DNA of 60,495 bases from Mesotaenium endlicherianum (Eukaryota), in the NCBI GenBank assembly GCA_009602735.1, contig WELA01001563.1, positions 24,867-85,361 of the forward strand, written 5' to 3'. The notes under the pieces are model-generated. The model saw only the letters and a list, made by a program, of their open reading frames with translations, was not told the DNA's origin and ran no database searches. Both the position numbers and the translations under genes were made by a program. Below, piece by piece: positions 12,592 to 25,950 of the stretch (the stretch's first letter is position 1; each line of letters begins with the position of its first letter).

Positions 12592-13562
12592 ACAATGGGA
12601 GCGCGCTTTGCCAGCTGGCTACTCTGCTCTCTCCGCGATGCGCTTTCTCTTTTTTTGCGCGCAAGCAGCTCTCTTTGGGCTGTGCTCCTTTTGTTTTAGC
12701 CGTCAAAAAAAGGGCAGCACCCACTTGCCGATGCCTGCTGGACTCGCCTTGGCAAGGAGTCTGGTCACCATGAATGTAAGTCTAAACATACATATATATT
12801 TTTATATGTATATATATGGCGAGGTCCCCTTCACCGAATGGATGAGCAGCATGGTCATGCTCCACGACAAACAAGGAGTACCTCTCTTTCTTGCAGGTAA
12901 TGGCGGTGCTTCTGGAATCCCCGTCCGTGGCTGCTGTCTTTGCGGGTATGGTCCCTGTGACCCACTCCTTGCAAGCAGTACCAGTGAAGCTCCCTATTAC
13001 ATGCTCGCTGTTGACTTTTGAGGTCCATTACGGGAAAAAGAAAAATGATATGCCGAGGCCAGCTCAGGCTACACAGAGGCACTAGTGCTTATCGAGAGGC
13101 CGTTAATTGCATCATTCATTGAGGAGTATCATCAGCCAGGCAAGCAAAGAGAAGGCGCGACGTGTCGAGTGAGTATTGGCGGGTAATGAGAGGAAAGCAT
13201 CGCCTTTGGGTGTTTCAAAATGTTGACTACTGAAGGGGGCCGCTACACTCAAAGCAGAAAAGTTGTGCGTTATGCAGCCGTGCTTATGCATGTCCGCGAG
13301 TGAGTGAGAGTGAGAGCTATTTGGACTGTTTGGAATCCCCCAGTGCTTGAAGCTGATGCTGCCAGGTGGCGCTCTTGCAGGCCACTACCACGTCGGCGGG
13401 TACGCACAGAAGGATGGAGTTCATTTTGTAACAGTAGAGGCCATCCTGGAAGCTTCCCCGGGCTCTGTGGCGCACGGGGTTGTCGAAGTTTACGGCGACT
13501 GCTTGCGTGTGAAGGGCTGTGGCAGTGTGACGAGCCGAGAGCTCCAGCTGCGAGCCTCGTGA
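5171..13562 (+). CDS. ADPRM: Mn2+-dependent ADP-ribose/CDP-alcohol diphosphatase (calcineurin-like metallophosphoesterase); exons 5171-5258, 6221-6311, 7639-7732, 8491-8619, 10248-10307, 10907-11031, 11882-11969, 12897-12945, 13381-13562 (906 nt, 301 aa)
   Basis: All eight introns are GT-AG with matching phases. Motifs FRFGVLADVQYAD, LGDIIDG, VLGNHC, WNGAIG..QL.WL, HHP, WN..E, AGHYHVGGY, GVHFVTVEAILE match the ADPRibase-Mn pattern. Confidence 0.92.
5969..6182. repeat. Degenerate ~25-bp intronic minisatellite (GACGAGGGTGTCRCTGATTGGCRT-like), about 6 copies
   Basis: Recurrent gagggtgtcgctgat / gagggcgtcactgact / aagggtgtcactgattggcat units in ADPRM intron 1. Confidence 0.75.
6345..6800. repeat. 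Alternating purine-pyrimidine (CA/CG) low-complexity tract; similar tracts at 2059-2190, 7240-7550, 8250-8472, 10040-10245, 10718-10800
   Basis: Directly visible (CA)n/(CG)n/(TG)n/(TA)n mosaics inside introns. Confidence 0.9.
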
Positions 13563-13911
13563 TTGATAAATACTAAAACTCCTGAAATAGTTTTAGTAAT
13601 GTGCATGCACGCGGTGTGATGGTTATCACAGCAACACATTAACAAAAGCTCACTTCTGCGACTTGACTAGCTGTCGCCCGCAGCCAACAGAACTTTGAGT
13701 CTCTGATTGTTCACTTAATCTGGTGTATTAAACCTCAAGGAATTTGAAGAATTATGTGTGAAAACAATTGTTCAACAAAGACACCCCTTATTGTGTATTG
13801 GTTGTTTCTCAACAGGAATATCAGCATTGAGCAGGAGAAACTATTAGCAATCATCAGCATCCACGCAAAAAGAAGGGGACGGTGTCTTCATATGTAAGCA
13901 AGTTGGTAAAC

Positions 13912-14619
13912 GGGCCCCCAAAGATTGAAAATGAAGGCAAAGTACCTCAGAACTTTGAAAGAATATGAAATTACCCTCGCGTCAAATTTTCTTAGTCATG
14001 ATTAGTCCACCTGTCGAATATGACATGGGAAACCTGACACTCGTTTTTTCCATTTCTCCCTTCTTGCTATTTTACCATTTCATTGAGCTCCTTCGTGCAC
14101 AATTATAGTGAAACTTGCAAAGAAAAAACTCGAGCTTTGCACCCGCCATCACTTGAGGCTACAAGGCAAGTGATGGCCTCGCAGGTCAAGCGTAAGCCAC
14201 ACATGTAAAATGTACGTGGACAGAAACTTGAACGCGCACATCCAATTATGATGCGTAATGGCTGGCGGGAGAGTGCCTCTGACGTGAGCGATTGTACGGA
14301 TTGTACGAAGGTATGATAGTAGAGGTGTTACTGCCAAGTAGGCACGTGCTTGCCTTAAACCCAAGGGACTAGAGGCGAAATAGACCATTGCAGACAAAAT
14401 GTTGTCCTTTGGAGTTAGAGCACGGGGCAGCACGGGCAAGAGGTAAACAGAGCATGGACGGATAAGGAAAAAATGTTGTCATGTAAGACACGTCATATTT
14501 GACAGCTTGACTGGCCATAACTAGGAAGATTTGACGTGAGGGTAGTTCCATATTCTTTCAAAAATCTGAGGTAGTTTTCCTTCATTTTTATCTTTGGGGG
14601 TTAATATCATAATATGCCC
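13912..14619. mobile_element. Non-autonomous Mutator-like (MULE) MITE, about 708 bp
   Basis: Imperfect TIRs of about 140 bp (13915-14055 vs reverse complement of 14465-14600); termini GGGC...GCCC; 9-bp TSD TTGGTAAAC (13903-13911) / TTGTTAAAC (14620-14628). Confidence 0.85.
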
Positions 14620-17600
14620 TTGTTAAACTTGGCAAAATAAATTCATGTAGTGTCATCAGACAAAACGTTGCTCCCATTGTATGCTCTATTTACACTTTTG
14701 CAACAACGGGCTCTTGCAAGCTCCTGCTCATTTCATATGCTTGTTTACCAAACAGTGTCTAGTGGCTGAAACTTGGGAACGGTCTTCCACGGTTGTAACA
14801 TGAAGGCTTCTCAAAAAATCAATGGTCCCTTGAGCTGCTTCGTCCTCGCATTCCACACTTTTTTTTTTGGCTTCTCAAGAACAAATTAAAGCACTAAAAC
14901 TTTGCAAATAAAAACTTCGAGGTCGAGATCTATCGCGAGACAAGAATTTACATGATAATGCATAAAGCAACTGACCGCAAGATGTAGCAAATTTGGTACG
15001 TGTATGTCCTAGGTGACTTTGATTCGATTCAAGAGACCATCAAGGACCATTTTGTTTGGTTGTGCATATATCCCGGCCACATCCATTGACCTGCATGAGA
15101 TCGGCCGGCAAGTGTTAACTCGTACAAGTTACTAACAAGCGCAGGCAAGTCTTGCCGACTACAATTGATTTACGACCAAGTTGTACATCTCCTTCGAGAT
15201 GTAGTCAGCAGTATAGAGGGCAGATTATATTGAAGGTACTTTCCTTGCCGTGTGAAGCTGGATCCAGCAAGCGTCTGTTTGATACGTTTATTTGCAATTT
15301 TTTTGCAAAGTTGATGACATGACTGCAATAGGCATCCAATGCAGTGCCGCGCTAGATTTGGAGCTTCCTACATACATGCTACATGTATAGCTCTGATAGC
15401 GACTACAAGCAGAAATTGGTGTATTGGCTTCTTGTTTTGCAAGTTGTTCATCGTGAAGAATATGGCCCCCATGATACTTATCTAGCTCTATCAAGAAGTA
15501 GACTAGGAAGTATTTTTCTTGGAAATTTATTTTGCTTGTGTTAGACAACACAAAATAATAACTAGAAAATTATGTACATTTTGCTTTCGAATTGAAGGTA
15601 AACTTCCTTCGTTGTCACTTTTTCACGTGCAAAATGTGACTTGTGCCACATTGGGGACCTCCACATTGTATTTACGGAACCAACTCTTCTTAGATGTATA
15701 CAAGACGTGTATTCTTATAGAGTTAGGCATACAAAACTTAAGCCATCCACAAACGCTAATATCTTAAAAAAAGTGTAGAAGTACCCAATAGTTGTGCCAA
15801 TTCGAAACATCTAATGCGCAAGTGTAGGTATCGGGACGACTCAAGGAACACTTGTTTGAGAACACTGGTACTTTATCTCTTTAGAAGTTCCTCACCCTCA
15901 GCATGTCGATCAATTTTCTATGTCGCTGTAGAACTCCTTCTTAGCAAGCACTCACAAGGTGGTGCTATAGCTTCATAACTTATTAAAGGTTATGCTAGCT
16001 TGGCACTTCCCCGTGACCTATAAGACAATGAGAAGGTTACGACCTACCAACTACTCAATGGTGTCACAGAAGGTTCAGGTTCATCATGTATCATCTCCCG
16101 TTTTACGTCCTCATTGACTTCATACATGTAGCTGCTCGTTGCACCGCCCTCCCAATCTTCCTTTGCCCACATGTTTGTTTCGCTTACCCAATCAAGCTGC
16201 CTTGTACTCCCCAGCTCTTCCTTTCCGATCCTCCCTCTTATCTTTCTTGCCATCTCTACTATCAAGATTCAATTCTGCCCTCCCAAGCAACGGCATCTTG
16301 TCATTTCACATCATAAAGTCACTCAATGTAACTTTGTTATGCATGACAATTCATTCAAGCCCCAAAAAACCAATGCCCATCGATATCACGTTGGTCATTT
16401 CTACCATTCACCTTTCTAGTATTGGAAATGTGATAATTGTAAATAGCAGCACAACTCATGAGGTTGCGCCCCTCTCCCCCTCCCCCCCGGTGGACGGCAG
16501 CAATTGAAAGACATTGGAAACTAACCCCAGACTGCAGCTGCAAGCATGCCTGATGGGAGCTGCTGCTCTCTTTGCCGAGAGCATCTTCCAGTGATACTCG
16601 CAAGCTGGCATTCTGCATCTCTGCCAAATGTTTTGCGTTGGGCGTCGCCGGGAGTGTGTCACATGCCACGTGCCACATGCCAAATGTCACGTGTCAGGCA
16701 TGACTTTGCAAGGTGGCAAGTGTCGGGAGTGCGGGCATGAGGTTGGGAGCAATACAAGGTTGGGAGCATCAAAAAATCCCCACCCACTTGCCCAGCTCAC
16801 AGTTGGCGGCCGTGCTCAGCATTGCTGCCAAGTGGTGGATGCCGAGGGGAGGGAGGAGTGAGCACGTGTGAGTCAATATATGAATTATGTGCACATGTGC
16901 ATTTGGGGACAGATTTGCGTCTTTCATTTGCTTGTACATAAGCCCAGGCACTGGACTTTCATAATCGGAAGGGAACTTAATGAGGCTGATTTATTAGAGG
17001 AGGTTTGCGCGCACACTCACACACAGAAACACAGCCACTAACCTAATTAAAGCATCCCTCCAACCCATCCAATCCATATCGGACGTGCAAAATGGGACCA
17101 ATGTAGAGCTTGGCAAATATGTCGGAAGTGGTTGTGACTAGCTACGATGCAAGGTGATTGGACATTATGGATCTTTACAATTAAGCGCACATGACACACA
17201 CTATCGCACGATGGTCCCATTTGACGTTTATCCATTATTTTTTAGCTTTACTGCCACTCAAACCAAAACCAGCCTCATCAAAACCCTTCTTTGGATGCTC
17301 ATGATAAATAGAGTACTTATGTGGTATGTGAGAGTGATATATATTTGATATTTCCTTTGAATAAGGATTCTAGCAGTGTACTTTTTCCATTTTTTGCGGC
17401 AATTTTCACTGTACTGATTTGTACTTGAATGGAAACACACGTGTGACCCGCAAAAGGTACATTTATTCTAGGCGCATTATCCGGTGAAGTACAACAGATT
17501 TGAAGGCCTTGATTTTTTCTAGCATACATCATGATGTAGTGATCATACTGCACTTGACAGATTTGCATTTTCATTAAGAGTACTTTGTACACACTGACAT

Positions 17601-17959
17601 GCTGAAGTTTATTCCCAAATTGACACCATCTTTTTTGACTTGGTCCCATAATTTTACTAAGAGATGCATCATGCAGCTTCACTAAATGGGTCATATAATT
17701 TCCAAAACTTGATGGAATGCATTCAAGTAAGTTAAGTGCATTCATAACCAGGTACTCTACCATCCTATTACACAAGAGCAATAAAATTATGTAAAGCAAA
17801 AACTATGACTTTTACCAGATGTGGCCCCACGGGCGAGTCGTCAAAACTGAAGTCTAGAGTATATAGTGTGTGCAATTTTTTTTTGTCTTTTTGGTCTTTA
17901 TTGCTACCAATGATACCATTTATTAAAGCAGCCATTAGGCAACCTCTTCCTACATACAT

Positions 17960-20204
17960 CCAAATGGTTAATGTTCTTAGTAGTGTGGTAGATCCCAAAG
18001 CAAGGACTAGGATGCAAGATGACGTTGCAGGACATACACGTAACACATATACTGACATCTACTCTTTCTACCTGCAGCCCCTTTGTCAAATTTCTTAGCA
18101 GAGCACACTACACAAGACCTTCTCTCTCCTTTTTTGACCTTGTCTGGGAAGTGCTTGCCACTCCACCTCTACTCTCCATAAGCTCTTGCTGAACTTGATC
18201 TTGTCTGCCTGTCGCGAGGATGAACCCACTTCGACATCTCTTTCACTAGTCGCAACATGAAAGCATATCTGTCAAAACCAAGATGAGCCAACTCATGCAA
18301 GATGTATGCATTTGCAATGGCACCATCAAACAACTCCTAATACAACTCGTGCCACCACTTCCTAGCCACCTGCTCTATCTCTACTGAATAATTATCCCTC
18401 AAGCAAAAGTTTGTCAAACTGGTCAACGGCGTCTTTGTACCAAATGTAGTGCTTCACAATGTCAGGAGCAGGTATAGTGCTAGTCTCTCCTCCTTTTTGC
18501 CTTCTCTCAACTTCAACCACATCAAGCCTTTACAGTTAGATAAGAAGTGGACTCGCTTCTTGTCCTGCCAGACAACTGCTACTTATTGAGGCCAATCACT
18601 CACAAGGGCCTTGAAGCTGCCGTGTTTTGCCTTTTCTCGCTTGGAGGTACATGTAGACCAGGTCCTTGATAGGATAGTGCTCTCTATTGACAATAGTACC
18701 AATAGCTCCATGACCTAGATTAGACTTAACTTCCTTACAAATACGGGTGTTGTAAAACCTCTGTCTAAGACAAAGCGGTAGGTCTGCCCCTCGGGCAAAG
18801 TGCTCACCATTTCCAACACAAGTGTAGTATTCCTGCTTGGTCTCTTGACCTTCTTAAACACTACATCATCCCAACAATAGTATGTTACACTTTCAACCAA
18901 AGTCAACAACTCAATACCAAAATTATAAGGCTTTTTAGGCAATACACTCGAATTGGATACGCTCTGTTTCTAGTTGTGATAAGGAGCTCCTCTAGAGTCA
19001 AGTGCTCACTTGGATTATAGTACTGTTTGAATGTGATCTTGAGAAAGTCTATGAATGGCTGCCACTGTCATAGCTTATGCTCTCCAATCTCCAAAAGTCG
19101 TAGGAAACACATGTTCACCAACATTTGAGACGATGTGCAACTAGGATTTTATCTGAACCCACCTATCTCTAGGCATGTCCTTTCTAAAAGCTAGAAATTA
19201 TACATGACCAACATTGTTACATGTCCAATACATTGTATACCGAAGAAAAAGGTTGAGTCCCATAGCAATGCATAGCCCATGCTATAGAATGAGCTCACTG
19301 GTGGTAAGATGACCCCTTTTAGCACCTTCATTCTAAACATACTCATTTGTTGCAACAGCTATTTGGTCATAGCACTCTAAGCCAACAAGGAAACAACAGC
19401 AAATGGGCTGAATGTATGAAACAACCTGGTCCTGATTTTGGCTAGGCCTGTGTTCTCGGTGCTGACAGGCTTGACCAGCCATGGAGAAATCTCACCTTTC
19501 TTTGCAGGTCTCCTGTTGTACTCTTCTCCTTCTTTGTTCCACAGGCGTCACAGGCTCCAGCACTTGTTCTTCACTTGAGTTGCCACCATGGGCTCACCTT
19601 TAGCCTCGAGCTCCCTGTCATTGCTAAATTTTTCTTCATTTGAGCTCTTATTCTTCTTCTTCTTGTAGCTTTTGTGTGCTCTCTTCTTTGCACCCTCTTG
19701 TGCTACTACCACTCTGTTTCTCCTCTCCTCTCTATTGCAGGGCACACTCATGTCTGGTCCAGTGTGTTTTGCAGGTCTACCTCTCTTCTGCCTTGGTTCT
19801 GCAAGATCTAAGGTTGAGTCTGATTTTGTCTCAAACTCAGATGCATCTGCTTGTGGTGTATCAATGACTTCAGGGGTGTTTTGAGTGACAGGAGTGACAG
19901 GTGTCACCTGAAATGCTCTACTGCTAGGTTCTTGCGAAAATGGCTTAGAAAAAGCCTTGACCCTCACTACTCCCTCATAAGAACAAAACCACCTAAACTC
20001 GGGTACAGTGGGCACATACTGCAATATTTGCTTGCAACTCCATGTTTTGTACTCCTCATTGTACCCAAAGTAGATTATGTAATTGGTTTCCTTTGTTTTT
20101 TATGCACCTCTTCTTCAATAATTCCTACCAAAAAGAACTCTTCGATAGTGCTCTTCAAATCCTCATCCCAAATCTTGCTAGGAGTGAGTATCTTGGTGCC
20201 TACC
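17960..20204 (-). pseudogene. Decayed piggyBac-like DDD transposase; its first codons (ATG 26536 down to 26491) lie on the far side of the inserted LTR element
   Basis: Minus-strand fragments: YW..MPRDRWVQIK.LH; QPFIDFLKITFKQYYNPSEHLTLEE; PKKPYNFGIEL; FVLDRGFTTP; VVWQDKKRVHFLS; PDIVKHY..YKDAVDQFD; WWHELY.ELFDGAIANAYIL; C-terminal CVVC...CMSCNVILHPSPCFGIYH zinc ribbon. Many stops and frameshifts. Confidence 0.88.
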
Positions 20205-21486
20205 TGTAGTGAAACAGATAGATAAAGTACGTAGTAAAATAGAATACTTTATCTATTCAAGACAAGGATCTTTGAACACAAGTGGTAGCTTCTTGAAAGA
20301 GAGATGACTTCTTGTAAGTTAATGTATTTCTGGAATTTGGCACGTACAAGAGTGATTCTGGAATGTCTTTCTATGTTCTAGCTCTTATTTATATACTTGC
20401 TACATAAGTACTTTCTGGGAAGATGTATGTTGATGTGTTGGCACCCAACACATCCCAAAACTTGCCACCTCTTTCTAGAATAATGTACACATGTTCTTTT
20501 GACCTAAAAAATGGCATATTTGACTTTTGCCACACGGAGTTCTTCTAGGTCCTTTCTCTAACTTCGAAAATGCCTTAGAAGGTTCAAAGGACATGAACCA
20601 AGTCACTAGAGTATCTATTCACACTCGACTCCACACAATACTACTCCAAATATATTCAAAAAGCATTAAAATATGTGCCAAGTAATATATAATAACTCAA
20701 ATCACTACATCACCCCCCCAACAGGAAAAACCGACGTCTCGGCGCGTCAAGTCAGGTCTTACACATGTGGAGCAGACTAGTCAACAGCTTCAAGTCAGAT
20801 GCCACACATGTGAAAAGAATTAGTCAAAGGCGCCAAGTCAGGTGCTACACATGTAAGGTAGACTAGGCAAGGTCGTGGGTGGCGTGACCTTATTGGCTAG
20901 CCTACTCCTTGATGATAAAGAAAATTGTACAAGTTGGCCCAGAATCTGCCACAAATTCAAAAATTCATAGCATCCACAGAACTGCTCCAAATCTACAAAT
21001 TTGAGTGCCAAACGGACCGCATCGGAGAACTCTTCCGGGTCACCAAATTTGAGAGCATTCTAATTTCTGGAGCGTCGTTGAGAGCTGAGAGAGTAGGCAC
21101 TCCTCCATATCTGTGCAGAAACTTCTGAAAATCATAAGTCCTTCTATACTCCTCCAAATTCTGCAAACTAAGTCTCAAACTGGGCGCTGTAAGATGCTCT
21201 ACAAGAGTCTTGAGTTTCAGAGCATTCCAAGTTCAGGGGAGGGCACAATGTCAGAAGGCATATTCTGCCCTAACAATGCCAGCAGCCAGCAGCCTGACCC
21301 CCTTCTACTTAGAGCATCATATCTCTCTCACCAGTGCTCTAAATTGAGCAAACTTGGACTCTAAATGACCGGCTACTCATGGACTACAGCCAGGTAAATT
21401 TTCAGAATTTATTATGCAGAGACCTATTACCAGTAGCAGTTTTAGTTTTCTGTCCAGAAACTGCGAGAAGAGAAGAGTGTCTAATG

Positions 21487-24400
21487 TCAATTTTTCCTCT
21501 TTCTTGTTCTTGCAGGCTGCCTCCAAGGGGTCTTCTGCTGCTTCTTGATGGTGGCAGGCTGCCTCCCTGAAGTCTTCGGGCTTCTAGTAGAGAGACTTGG
21601 GGCTGGTCCAAGATGGGGGTTGGCGGCATGGAAGCGCTTCAACTTTCTCTGAACTTTGTCAAGGTAGTGCGCCGCCACCCAACTATTCTCCGAATCTGGA
21701 TATCCTTTCCACTTGATCAAGTATTGCTGCTGTCTCCTGAAATTTCTCATAGCCACTATGTCTTCCACTTCGTACTCCAAATGATCATCCACTATTGTTG
21801 GGGCTGGTGGGGTTGTCACACGTCCTGGGAACTTGTTGTCGGGTTGCACATATGGCTTGAAGAGGGAAGCGTGGAATACGGGGTCGATGTGCATAGTCTG
21901 GGGAAGTTCTAGCTTGAAAGCAACGGGGTTGACTTGCTGGATAATCTTGAAGGGTCCCAAATACTTGGGAGAGAACTTGCTGCCGGCAGGCCTGTTGTTC
22001 AGGGAAATGTTCTTGGATGATAGTAACACGTTGTCACCCACTCTGTACGTAATTTCTCTTCTGGATCTGTTCGCCACTCTTGCTTGAGCATCTTGCGCGT
22101 GTTGTAGAGCTTTCTTGGCTGCTGCAAGGGCTGCTTCTAATGTTTCCAAAAAATCTGTGGCTGCAGGTACTTCATCATGGCCAGCCGTGAAGCTCAGCGG
22201 CGTGGTCGGATGGACGCCATAGTTGAGGAAGAATGGGGACTCTTGGGTAGAGGCTTGCGTTGTGTTGTTGTAGGCAAACTCCAGGGGGGTCAAGTACATG
22301 TCCCAATCTTGCTCCAAAGTAGACACGTAGGCCTTTAGAGAGGCCTTTAGGGTACGATTCATACGCTCGGTTTGCCCATCTGATTATGGGTGGTAGGCGG
22401 TGGACATATTCAGCGATGTACCCAAGTTCTTGAAGAGATTTTTCCAGAAATGGCTTGTGAATCTTGGGTCTCTATCTGACACAATTCTTGATGGTAGTCC
22501 ATGGAGTCGGAAGATGTTGTCAGAGATGAGTCTTNNNNNNNNNNAGATGTTGTCAGAGATGAGTCTTGCAAGTTGTGGTGCTGTAGCCTCAGTCGTCGTG
22601 GTAATAAAATGAGCCATCTTGGTAAGTCTGTCCACCACCGTGAGTATTGCATTATGGCCTCGAGGTGTCACGGGCAGGTCCACGATAAGGTCCATTGAGA
22701 TGTCCGTCCATTGTCTTTCGGGGATTGGTAGTGGTTGGAGGAGTCCTCGCGCCTTTTTGTGATGATGGCTTGATTCTTTGGCATGTGTCACAGCTCTTTC
22801 AGTACTCCTTGACTTGCTTAGACATGCCTGGCCAACAATAAGTCCTGGCTAGAACGCCCGTGGTCCTTAGGATTCCAAAGTGTCCTCCAAGAGGGTTGTC
22901 GTGTGCTTCTCGTAGAAGCAAGAGCCGGAGGTCTAAGTCATTAGGAACACATCTCTGGCCCGTATCTTGCCTCACCCAATAATTGCCTTCTTGCTTCTTG
23001 CATGGGTCCAAGGCTGCTTCTCCGTTCTTGTAGTAAGGGTCTCTTTCAAGGCGGCTGAAAATCGAGCTTCCAGATATGTCTTCAGCGATGTCATCACTGC
23101 ATTTAATTGTAGTCTTGAGAGGGGGTCAGCCGCTTTTGTCTTGCCGGGCTAGTACTGAATCGTGATGTTGTATTGTTGCAAGTATCCGCTCCATCTTGCT
23201 TGTCTCCTTGAGAGATACGGCTGCGTCTGGAGGTGCTTCAACGCTTCGTGGTCCGTAGTGACCAGCACCTTGCGTCCTTCAACGTAGCAGCGCCAAACCT
23301 TCAAGGCATATACAATCGCCAACGCCTCTCGCTCTGTGGTTGTATAATTTTGCTCGGCCGGATTTAGCTTCCTTGACTCGTAGGCAAAGGGCTGCAGTCC
23401 CTTGCCTTGGTCTTGAAGCAGGATTGCTCCTATTGCATAGGAAGATGCATCGGTGATGACGTGGAAGGGCCAATCTAGGTTTGGACTTGGGAGTGTGAGC
23501 ACCGGGGATGTGGTCAATCTTCGCTTTAACTCTTGAAATGCCTCTTCCTCTTTCTCGGTCCATGTATATAGCCTGTCCTTCTTCAGTAAATTCGTGAGAG
23601 GGGCTGTTATGTGCGAGAAGCTCTGGATGAATCTCCTGTACCAATTGGCAAATCCCAAGAATGAGTTCTTTCTTGGTCGTGGAGGTTGGCCACTCCACCA
23701 CCGTGGTTTTCTTGGGGTCCATCTTGATGCCATCAGCAGTCACGTGGAGACCTAGGAACTCCACTTCTTGTTTGGCAAACTCACACTTTGACTCCTTTGC
23801 AAATAGCTTGTTTTGCTTCAATACTTCGAGGACTTCTTTCAAGTGTCTCGCATGCTCTTCAAGGGTCTTGCTGTAGATAAGGATGTCATCGATGAATACC
23901 ACCACAAATCTGTCCAACATGGGCTGAANGCCACCACAAATTTGTCCAACATGGGTTGAAATATGGTGTTCATCATAGTCATGAAAGTTGCTGGCGCGTT
24001 GGTGAGTCCAAATGGCAGGACCATGAACTCAAAATGTCCATAACTTGTCCTGAACGCCGTTTTCTCTATGTCAGGTTCAGCGATGCGAATCTGGTGGTAG
24101 CCGCTTCTCAAGTCCACCTTCGTGAAGTACTTGGCTCCAACCAGCCGGTCCATGAGCTCATCCATGCGCGGCAGCGGGTATCGATTCTTGATGGTGATCT
24201 TGTTGAGGGCGCGATAGTCCACACACATCCTCAAGGTACCATCTTTCTTCTTGACAAATAGCACCGGGGCTCCAAATGGCGACTTGCTAGGTCGAATGAA
24301 GCCATGCTCCAGTAGCTCCTTGATTTGCTTCTTGACTTCGTCTAGCTCCGTGTATGACATTTTGAACGTAGGTCAAGAGATGGGCTTGCTTCCGGGCTCC

Positions 24401-24632
24401 AACTCTATCTTGTGGTCCACGAANCTTTTGGGGGGTAAGCCCTTGGGTAATTCCGAGGAGAATACTTCTTTGTAGTCCTGCAAGACTTCTTGTATCTCCT
24501 TGGGAACGGGGCTGCCTTCTTGACTCTCGATGTCTTTCTTGATGTCTTTTGGCGTGATCAAGGCCAAAAGGAGCTCGTGTCCCTTCCTCACAAGTCTCTT
24601 GAGTTGGAGGGCGGACAATAGTATCTCGTGTG
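21487..24632 (-). pseudogene. pol: Copy 1 pol (RT, RNase H, integrase, chromodomain), broken by stops and frameshifts
   Basis: [47 protein letters not shown] and [22 protein letters not shown] fall in separate ORFs. Confidence 0.93.
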
Positions 24633-25492
24633 NNNNNNNNNNNNNNNNNNNNNNNNNNNNNNNNNNNNNNNNNNNNNNNNNNNNNNNNNNNNNNNNNNNN
24701 NNNNNNNNNNNNNNNNNNNNNNNNNNNNNNNNNNNNNNNNNNNNNNNNNNNNNNNNNNNNNNNNNNNNNNNNNNNNNNNNNNNNNNNNNNNNNNNNNNNN
24801 NNNNNNNNNNNNNNNNNNNNNNNNNNNNNNNNNNNNNNNNNNNNNNNNNNNNNNNNNNNNNNNNNNNNNNNNNNNNNNNNNNNNNNNNNNNNNNNNNNNN
24901 NNNNNNNNNNNNNNNNNNNNNNNNNNNNNNNNNNNNNNNNNNNNNNNNNNNNNNNNNNNNNNNNNNNNNNNNNNNNNNNNNNNNNNNNNNNNNNNNNNNN
25001 NNNNNNNNNNNNNNNNNNNNNNNNNNNNNNNNNNNNNNNNNNNNNNNNNNNNNNNNNNNNNNNNNNNNNNNNNNNNNNNNNNNNNNNNNNNNNNNNNNNN
25101 NNNNNNNNNNNNNNNNNNNNNNNNNNNNNNNNNNNNNNNNNNNNNNNNNNNNNNNNNNNNNNNNNNNNNNNNNNNNNNNNNNNNNNNNNNNNNNNNNNNN
25201 NNNNNNNNNNNNNNNNNNNNNNNNNNNNNNNNNNNNNNNNNNNNNNNNNNNNNNNNNNNNNNNNNNNNNNNNNNNNNNNNNNNNNNNNNNNNNNNNNNNN
25301 NNNNNNNNNNNNNNNNNNNNNNNNNNNNNNNNNNNNNNNNNNNNNNNNNNNNNNNNNNNNNNNNNNNNNNNNNNNNNNNNNNNNNNNNNNNNNNNNNNNN
25401 NNNNNNNNNNNNNNNNNNNNNNNNNNNNNNNNNNNNNNNNNNNNNNNNNNNNNNNNNNNNNNNNNNNNNNNNNNNNNNNNNNNNNNNNNNNN

Positions 25493-25950
25493 GCGAGGTA
25501 CGTCTCCACTTGGTAGAGCCATAAATTCAAGTTGGCATCTTTCCCGGGGTTGAAAGTGTCGGGTTTGCCGGGCTTGATGAGTTTCCTTGCTCTTGTAGGC
25601 TCTTGTGGAGGCGCTTGAGCCGGGGCTGGATTTTGAGCATTGCTTGCAATAGGGGCAACCATGGCAGCCATAGCTTCTCTTGACGCTTGCACGGTTGCTT
25701 CATAGGTAGCCAAGCCCACTTGGTTGTGGACGGTCATTAGAAAGGCTCCCCGCTCATTTGCGGGAACTCCTTGTGGTGGGGTCAACCTTACTATAGCGGC
25801 TGCCACGGGATTTGACGGTGCTCCTCCTTGTGGTGCTTCTTGTTGTTGCAGATTTTCTTGAGTGGGCTCTCCCATCGGCGCTGGAGGAGGGTGTCTTGGA
25901 GAGGAAGGGCTTCCTTCGAAAGCTTGCTGTTGGTCTTGAGGGTCGGCCAT
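25493..25950 (-). CDS. gag: Copy 1 gag, N-terminal part (remainder in the N gap)
   Basis: [11 protein letters not shown]...[20 protein letters not shown], nearly identical to copy 2 Gag. Confidence 0.9.

Noticed and set aside
17081..17234. Short inverted repeat AAATGGGACCA / TGGTCCCATTT
   Set aside because: 11-bp match without a TSD; not enough to call a MITE.
20749..20872. Regularly spaced repeats that might suggest a CRISPR array (also 57519-57596)
   Set aside because: Head-to-tail tandem units without unique spacers, in a eukaryotic context with no cas genes.
24633..25492. Long ORFs of X residues
   Set aside because: Assembly gap.
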